A stretch of DNA of 64,000 nucleotides from a candidate division FCPU426 bacterium (GTDB lineage: Bacteria; Oederibacteriota; Muellerivitia; Muellerivitales; Muellerivitaceae), in the NCBI GenBank assembly GCA_963847625.1, contig CAWKAR010000045.1, positions 96,001 to 160,000 on the forward strand. Reading direction: 5' to 3'. The first letter of the stretch is position 1. Every line of letters begins with the position of its first letter. The translations under genes were made by a program, and so were the position numbers. The notes under the pieces were generated by a model. That model was not told the DNA's origin and searched no databases. It was given only the letters and a program-made list of their open reading frames with translations. Below are positions 58,401 through 64,000 of the stretch, in pieces.

Positions 58401-60228
58401 GGTTTGGATTTCCGGCCTTTCCTACCCTGGAGTCGTCAGCAGTTATGCGATCTATCGGTCCACCGATACGAGTTTTTCATCATACGTTGATATCGTGACA
58501 GAACCCGTTTCTTTTATTTCGGATAATAGTGCTGTCTCCGGTTATACAAATAATTATGTTATCTTGGCTAAAGACGCCAACGGTGTAAGCGTCAACCCGT
58601 TGCCTGGGACAGCTCCTGAAGCTTCCGTTGATGTTTGGCCAAACGCCCCTTCAAGCATCGTTTGTCTGCCATCAACCGCTTCCATAAACTTATCCTGGGC
58701 GGTACCCTTAGGAAACCTTACTGTTACGGGATACGATATCCACCGGAGTACCTGCGCATCCTGTCCCCAGACATTACTTTCCTCCGGAATCACATCCCTT
58801 TCATACCCGGATAGCATCGCGACCCCAAGAATCCCGTATTTTTATGAAGTGGACACTGTGGCGGCTAATGGTCTCACAAGCGTTCAAGCCACCGCTTCGG
58901 GCCTAGCCGTGGCCCCGGTATCCCTTCAAAATACCCCTAACGCCGCTTCCAACATCTTGAATTGGTCACCGGTCTCCAAAGGCGCACCCAGCAACATCAC
59001 AGGCTACGTGGTTTACCGGATGTCCTTACCCAACCCCGCAACCCTAACGCCCGTCCCTTTTACGGCCCTTTCACCGCTATTAGAAGGAATCAACAATACT
59101 GTTTACGCCGACATCAACGTGACCGAATCCGTGACCTATGCTTATGAGGTGGCGCCCGCCGCTTTGAATCCGGCCGGAGGGTACGTATTGGGTCCCTTTT
59201 CGAACGTGGTCACCCAATTAGTCTTTCCTCAGCCGGTGGCGGATTTGGAGGCGGCTTCGGGAAACGGGATTGTCCAATTGAGGTGGGATTACCAGGGAAC
59301 GGCAAACAACAAATTTACTTACACCATCCTGCGGAAGCTGGGGACGGCGCCGGACAGTGCCTATCAGGTCCTCAAGTCTGGTTTTTCCGGGTTGAACTTT
59401 ACCGACTCCTCGGTCCAGAACAAGACCTTTTATGATTATGAAATTGTCAGCGCGGACGCAAATGGTCTTACGTCTACCGCCCAATACGTGACCGCACTGC
59501 CGGCCAAGCCACCGATCATTCTCAACACGAGTGTTACCCTTAGCCAGAGTCAAGGAGGCACGATCCAAGGCAATACCTTGACATGGTGGGCGGCCAATAT
59601 GAACGGCAACAGTGTTACCTTTGACGCCGCCAATATGTATCCCTTGGGTGGTTATTTATTGTCCCGGTCCACTGACGGGGGAGGGATTTATTCCTACACC
59701 CATATTATTCCCGTGCCCACGTCAAGCGGAACAACACTCAATCCGATTAATTATTTCGACGCGGTGCAATTAATTCAGGGCGCGACGAACACCTATTTAA
59801 TCCAGGCTTTCGACGCCCCGCCGGACCTGCCAGTTCCCATGGCGCAAGCCGTAACACAAGATTGGGTGCACCTTTCAACTTACAACCTGGTGACTGCTTA
59901 TCTTTTGAACGCAGGGGCAGCCTTAACCCGCAACGCAATCCGGCCTTTCGGCAATCTTCGGAAAAGAGAAAATGTTGTCGACATCCGTTTTGTGGTTACA
60001 ACGCCCGGAAACGTGAATATCAAGGTTTATTCCTTGAATGGCACCTTCATTAAGGAACTGGTCAACCGCTGGTTCACGAGTGGTGTTTATGGGTTGCCGG
60101 ACAGTCCCTATCCCCTGACGTGGGATGCGAAAAATATGAACGGAACCCTGGTTTCTTCCGGAGTTTATCTCATTACTGTTGAGATGAACGGCCACCAGGA
60201 AATTGACAAGGTTGCGGTTATCAAATAA
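55486..60228 (+). CDS. Large exported Thr/Pro-rich multi-Fn3 protein with a C-terminal FlgD-Ig/T9SS-CTD-like domain
   Basis: Signal peptide ending AQA, repeated LxW...YxxYR...YxD...YxYxVxA Fn3 units, many TPTP motifs. C-terminus VNIKVYSLNG-FIKEL...TWDAKNMNG-LVSSGVYLI...KVAVIK. Confidence 0.85.
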   Translation: MKKGTAMDLRPHNMVERQLRPLSGRWESWVKIFLLLFVFLGSRAQAQVPTPSGLTALPGNGAVTLEWTPIPSLSPTAYFIYRVLCDDTPTLTPTPTVTLNSTTSLTNTPTYPTYTPTETCTDTPTLAPIATVGPATPPIYTDYQVTNGRSYLYQVAAMDITLGSPAAITIVPYSLPEPVQVTVQNLHSGALDLFWGIPLSTYPVSIYQVFRCFVATSPTATIGTPVKASPTFTPTSVAVSVVLSTTPNPIATTSETSYSDILTPAPGVYFYVVQAVDVQSNPGLLPTYATGPATLLINLTPHPPILTGYVPVTPTPTYGVQLYWNGPLASEGVTEYEVDVLVNQTPTAIATLTTLSPTMSYLDASITETNNSSNFTTYQVKAYNNYGSSGSNVIQAYILKSNVPGGNFQVTPVATANAVTLSWNDGMPGTYGLGGYWVFKGLYGYSGLTGTPTPYASILATTTPTPVFVDTPIVNHMGYWVQPFDNAPIPVGGSVATSTPVYLNLAPTPVSTVSAATVAGRNNQISVSWSGNTGPSFFGAPADYVIYRFYPTPTQTPTLSIIATVGFSQNNYTDFVAGATPGSQVEYQVGVVDALGNTSDLTTLSNPVTTNSSLGLPLKPAVLPLAGSSNTLVYSWLQNPLSDQVDNYYLFGSDWPTLTTTPTPVTIIPATATPSPTLFYSSSGSNWNASFNYLLAHNSVGYSSATTLSGIPVPAYSVSAAPTTGQQVMVSWNLTPTPNLTPGVDAFEVYRSGISGSDFTPVATVPVTQSYFIDTNVQPANSYFYRVTARADGPAGELAESPIYPTPVAEAGLFTWPSIPVGLIAQGGVDQTILYWGFNPSADNVESYLIYNNGTLTPILTVMATILPTSTFTPSSPTSTPTITPTTNLVTLITPTQTNTPSPTSTGYYISLPATPGLDSSYEIVAQNAQGLSTPSYSASILCLPDITPIAGLTPPPGFAPTPKVTPAYPAVVWISGLSYPGVVSSYAIYRSTDTSFSSYVDIVTEPVSFISDNSAVSGYTNNYVILAKDANGVSVNPLPGTAPEASVDVWPNAPSSIVCLPSTASINLSWAVPLGNLTVTGYDIHRSTCASCPQTLLSSGITSLSYPDSIATPRIPYFYEVDTVAANGLTSVQATASGLAVAPVSLQNTPNAASNILNWSPVSKGAPSNITGYVVYRMSLPNPATLTPVPFTALSPLLEGINNTVYADINVTESVTYAYEVAPAALNPAGGYVLGPFSNVVTQLVFPQPVADLEAASGNGIVQLRWDYQGTANNKFTYTILRKLGTAPDSAYQVLKSGFSGLNFTDSSVQNKTFYDYEIVSADANGLTSTAQYVTALPAKPPIILNTSVTLSQSQGGTIQGNTLTWWAANMNGNSVTFDAANMYPLGGYLLSRSTDGGGIYSYTHIIPVPTSSGTTLNPINYFDAVQLIQGATNTYLIQAFDAPPDLPVPMAQAVTQDWVHLSTYNLVTAYLLNAGAALTRNAIRPFGNLRKRENVVDIRFVVTTPGNVNIKVYSLNGTFIKELVNRWFTSGVYGLPDSPYPLTWDAKNMNGTLVSSGVYLITVEMNGHQEIDKVAVIK

Positions 60229-60288
60229 CGTCTTGTAGTTTTAACTCAAGTAAAACCACTGTGAATAATAAGCTTTTAAGAGTGCTTC

Positions 60289-61032
60289 ATGATTTTCAAC
60301 CCAACCGCCCGCATACAAAAATATTTAACCGACCTGGTATTTCCAAAAGTTTGTCAAAACTGCGGAGGTTCCTTCACTGATGGACTCTCGAACATTCTCT
60401 GCCGTTCCTGCTTCGATTCCATCCAGCCCTATGAGGACCCGGTTTGTTCGCACTGCGGGGTTTCCCTGCCTATCAGAGGATTCGAGGAAGCGATGAAAAT
60501 CCGTTGCCGGGATTGCGGGGAAGGGGATTATTACTTGGATTCCGTCCGTTCCCTGGGTCCTTACGAAGGGCCAATTCGGATTGCTCACCACGCTTTTAAG
60601 TTCGAGGGAATGGAAAACTTTAAAACAACCATTGCCGATAAGATAGTTCAACACGTCCCGCCCTTCTTTTGGGAGAGCGTGGAAGCCTTGGTGCCAATAC
60701 CCCTGAGCCCGGAGAAGGAACGGGAACGGGGATATAACCCTTCATTTTTATTGGCCGGGGAAATTTCCCGCCAAACGCGGATTCCGGTCAGACTGTTCTT
60801 AAAAAAAGTCAGATCCACCAAACCCCAGATGTCTTTGGATAAAACCGAACGTTTGAAAAATCCCAAAAACGCATATGCGGTCCTTGAAACGGCAATCATT
60901 CCGCAAAAAATAGTCCTGGTCGACGATGTCTTCACGACCGGATCGACCCTGGAGGAGTGTGCCAGGGTCTTAAAAAAGGCTGCCGATGCTTGGATCGGGG
61001 CTGTTGTTTTCGGCCGCACGCCGCACCGATGA
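60289..61032 (+). CDS. comF: ComF-family amidophosphoribosyltransferase-like competence protein
   Basis: Double zinc ribbon (CxxC repeats), VPIPL, ERGYN, LVDDVFTTGSTL. Confidence 0.92.
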   Translation: MIFNPTARIQKYLTDLVFPKVCQNCGGSFTDGLSNILCRSCFDSIQPYEDPVCSHCGVSLPIRGFEEAMKIRCRDCGEGDYYLDSVRSLGPYEGPIRIAHHAFKFEGMENFKTTIADKIVQHVPPFFWESVEALVPIPLSPEKERERGYNPSFLLAGEISRQTRIPVRLFLKKVRSTKPQMSLDKTERLKNPKNAYAVLETAIIPQKIVLVDDVFTTGSTLEECARVLKKAADAWIGAVVFGRTPHR

Positions 61033-61084
61033 TCCATTATTGGACTGTCTTTTTTTATCAAATTTTCATTTATGATCCCCGCTA

Positions 61085-61113
61085 TTGACCGCCTAAAACC
61101 CCTGTGTTAGCTT
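61085..61113 (+). promoter_or_regulatory. Sigma70-type promoter upstream of gap
   Basis: TTGACC, 17-bp spacer, TAGCTT with extended TG. Confidence 0.45.
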
Positions 61114-61187
61114 AACGCTTCATTAACGGCCCCTGTTTGACGTTTTCATTATTTTTGGCTTCTAGAAAAGGCCACTGAAAGCTTTAA

Positions 61188-62285
<1,098 letters not shown>

Positions 62286-62302
62286 GGTTAGAGGCCGCAT
62301 TT

Positions 62303-62340
62303 AAAGCCGCGGAAAGGTTTTTTGGAAATCCGCGGCTTTT
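62303..62340 (+). terminator. Stem-loop after gap (terminator or mRNA-stabilising hairpin)
   Basis: AAAGCCGCGGA / TCCGCGGCTTT 11-bp inverted repeat. Confidence 0.55.
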
Positions 62341-62357
62341 CCTTAAAAGGTGAAACT

Positions 62358-62789
62358 ATGTGGTATCCAGTGGTTTGGTGGGCAGTTACGGCGGTCGTTT
62401 TTTTCATATTGGAATTGGTTACCGCCTCCTTTTTTTTCATGTGGATCGGAGCGGGTGCCGCCGTTACGGCGATCTTAAGCTTTTTCGTGAGTAAGGCCTG
62501 GGTCCAATACACAACTTTCACGGTATCCTCCATCATTTTGGTCGCCGTTAGCCGCCGCTGGGCATCCTTATTAACCGGGAAAGCCGGTCGTCCCTCCAAC
62601 GTTGACTCCTTGGTAGGCCAAACCGCATTGATTACCAAGGTTTCCTCCACAGCCCCCTGGCAGGGTTACCTCAAGGTCGGGGGCGAAGCCTGGAAAGCCG
62701 AATCCGAGAACAAGGAACCATTGAGGGAAAACGGGCAGGCCACGGTCGTGGCTGTCCGGTCGAATGTGTTGGTGGTAAAAGTTTTGTGA
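62358..62789 (+). CDS. NfeD-like (YbbJ) membrane protein
   Basis: WW...ILEL...FFFMWIG-GA, SNVDSLVG, G-LKVGGEAWKA OB fold; upstream of an SPFH gene. Confidence 0.9.
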   Translation: MWYPVVWWAVTAVVFFILELVTASFFFMWIGAGAAVTAILSFFVSKAWVQYTTFTVSSIILVAVSRRWASLLTGKAGRPSNVDSLVGQTALITKVSSTAPWQGYLKVGGEAWKAESENKEPLRENGQATVVAVRSNVLVVKVL

Positions 62790-62809
62790 GCCGTTAAAAG
62801 GAGATTCCT

Positions 62810-63727
62810 ATGGAAAGTTCCGCTATCGTCGTTTTGGTCATTTTCGCCTTCATCTACGCTTCCCTGGCTATTCGTATCGTCCGGCCCTACGAGAAGGGGC
62901 TCGTCGAGCGGATGGGGAAATACATCCGCACCAGCGAGTCGGGTTTGACCGTCCTGGTTCCGTTCTTCGAGAAAATGATCAAGGTGGACATGAGGGAGCA
63001 GGTCATTTCGGTTCCTCCCCAGGAGGTCATCACAAAGGATAATGTTGTGGTGACCGTGGACGCTATCATTTATTTCCACGTCACTGATCCCTTCCGAGTG
63101 GTTTATAACATCCGATCCTTCGAGATGGCAGCAGTGAAATTAGCCCAAACGAACCTCAGGAACACGATCGGCGAATTGGACCTGGACCAGACACTCAATA
63201 GCCGGGAACGGATCAACTCCCAGCTTCGGGAAACCATGGACGAGGCCACGGACAAGTGGGGAGTCAAGGTCACCCGGGTGGAGATCCAGAAAATCGACCC
63301 CCCGGCGGATATCGTTAACGCCATGAGCGCCCAAATGAAGGCTGAGCGGACCAAACGGGCCGCAATCATTGAGGCGGAGGGCATCAAGCAGGCCGCCATC
63401 ACCAAAGCGGAAGGGGAAAAACAATCGGCAATCCTCAAGGCTGAGGGAGAAGCCGGGGCCATTGAACGCGTGGCTACCGCCAATAAGTTCCAAAAAATCG
63501 CCCTCGCCGAAGGGGAGGGACAGGCCATTTTGACGGTTTTCAAGTCGATTCATGACGGGAACCCGACCCAGGATCTATTGGCGCTCAAGTACATGGAAAT
63601 GCTTGGCCGTGTGGCTGATGGGCAGGCCACGAAGATCTTTTTGCCGTTGGAAGCCTCCGGAACCTTGGGCGCTTTGAGCAGCATTGCCGAAGCTTTCAAG
63701 ACCGACATCAAGCAAAAACAAAAATAA
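62810..63727 (+). CDS. SPFH/band-7 (QmcA/stomatin-like) protein
   Basis: VERMGKY, QEVITKDNV, AQTNLRNTIG, WGVKVTRVEI, QMKAER. Confidence 0.93.
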   Translation: MESSAIVVLVIFAFIYASLAIRIVRPYEKGLVERMGKYIRTSESGLTVLVPFFEKMIKVDMREQVISVPPQEVITKDNVVVTVDAIIYFHVTDPFRVVYNIRSFEMAAVKLAQTNLRNTIGELDLDQTLNSRERINSQLRETMDEATDKWGVKVTRVEIQKIDPPADIVNAMSAQMKAERTKRAAIIEAEGIKQAAITKAEGEKQSAILKAEGEAGAIERVATANKFQKIALAEGEGQAILTVFKSIHDGNPTQDLLALKYMEMLGRVADGQATKIFLPLEASGTLGALSSIAEAFKTDIKQKQK

Positions 63728-63808
63728 GAAACGATTCACGGATCGCGCAAAATCCCAGCGGATTCCGTAATGTTTTAGTTTATCAATCCAATCAGAAAGG
63801 GAATGAAG

Positions 63809-64000
63809 ATGGCGACCTATAACAAGATGAGCGTTGAAGATATCAACCCGGCCGGAAAAAAAGTTTTTGTGCGTGTGGATTTTAACGTGCCTCAGGACGA
63901 ATCACTCAAGATCACCGACGATACCCGTATCCGTGAGTCCTTAAAAACCATTCAATATCTTTCCAGTAAGGGGGCCAGGGTCATTCTTTGTTCGCACTTG
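63809..64000 (+). CDS. pgk: Phosphoglycerate kinase, N-terminal fragment (runs off the window)
   Basis: [28 protein letters not shown]...[14 protein letters not shown]...[10 protein letters not shown]. Not in the ORF track. Confidence 0.95.
   Translation, partial: MATYNKMSVEDINPAGKKVFVRVDFNVPQDESLKITDDTRIRESLKTIQYLSSKGARVILCSHL

Overview
Chromosomal window from a diderm (lipid A-making) bacterium whose lineage cannot be assigned from sequence alone. From left to right: the 3' end of coaX; four GT-C-type membrane glycosyltransferase genes (two DUF2723/TMEM260-like with TPRs, two PMT/ArnT-like with PA14 domains); and a ~17 kb co-oriented signalling cluster. That cluster holds a PilT/PilU ATPase with a long TPR tail, a TsaP-like protein, CheR, two all-TPR proteins, an MshEN-CheW fusion, a variant PII protein, 2x CheY, 2x CheC, CheD, CheW, CheB, CheA and a degenerate GGDEF protein, but no chemoreceptor and no flagellar gene. 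Next come dprA-topA-argB-nrdR-DUF1015 and a small accessory patch: nested REP-like palindromes, a complete IS30, an AT-rich membrane-protein gene split by a complete IS3-family element, and a ~0.8 kb non-coding array of four different short tandem repeats. Then yjbQ, a ferredoxin, tmRNA with a degenerate duplicate of its 3' end, a hairpin-rich intergenic element, a beta-helix protein and a PilZ protein. The right part has skp-lpxD-lpxC/fabZ-lpxA-lpxI, lptFG, a 2013-aa SprA-like (T9SS translocon-like) gene overlapping a 1580-aa Thr/Pro-rich Fn3 protein with a CTD/FlgD-Ig tail, comF, gap, nfeD-SPFH and the start of pgk. The best candidates for undescribed biology are the PilT-TPR / MshEN-CheW / PII chemosensory cluster, the SprA-like translocon plus cargo pair, and the multi-block repeat array. 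All family calls come from motif recognition by eye; no searches were run.
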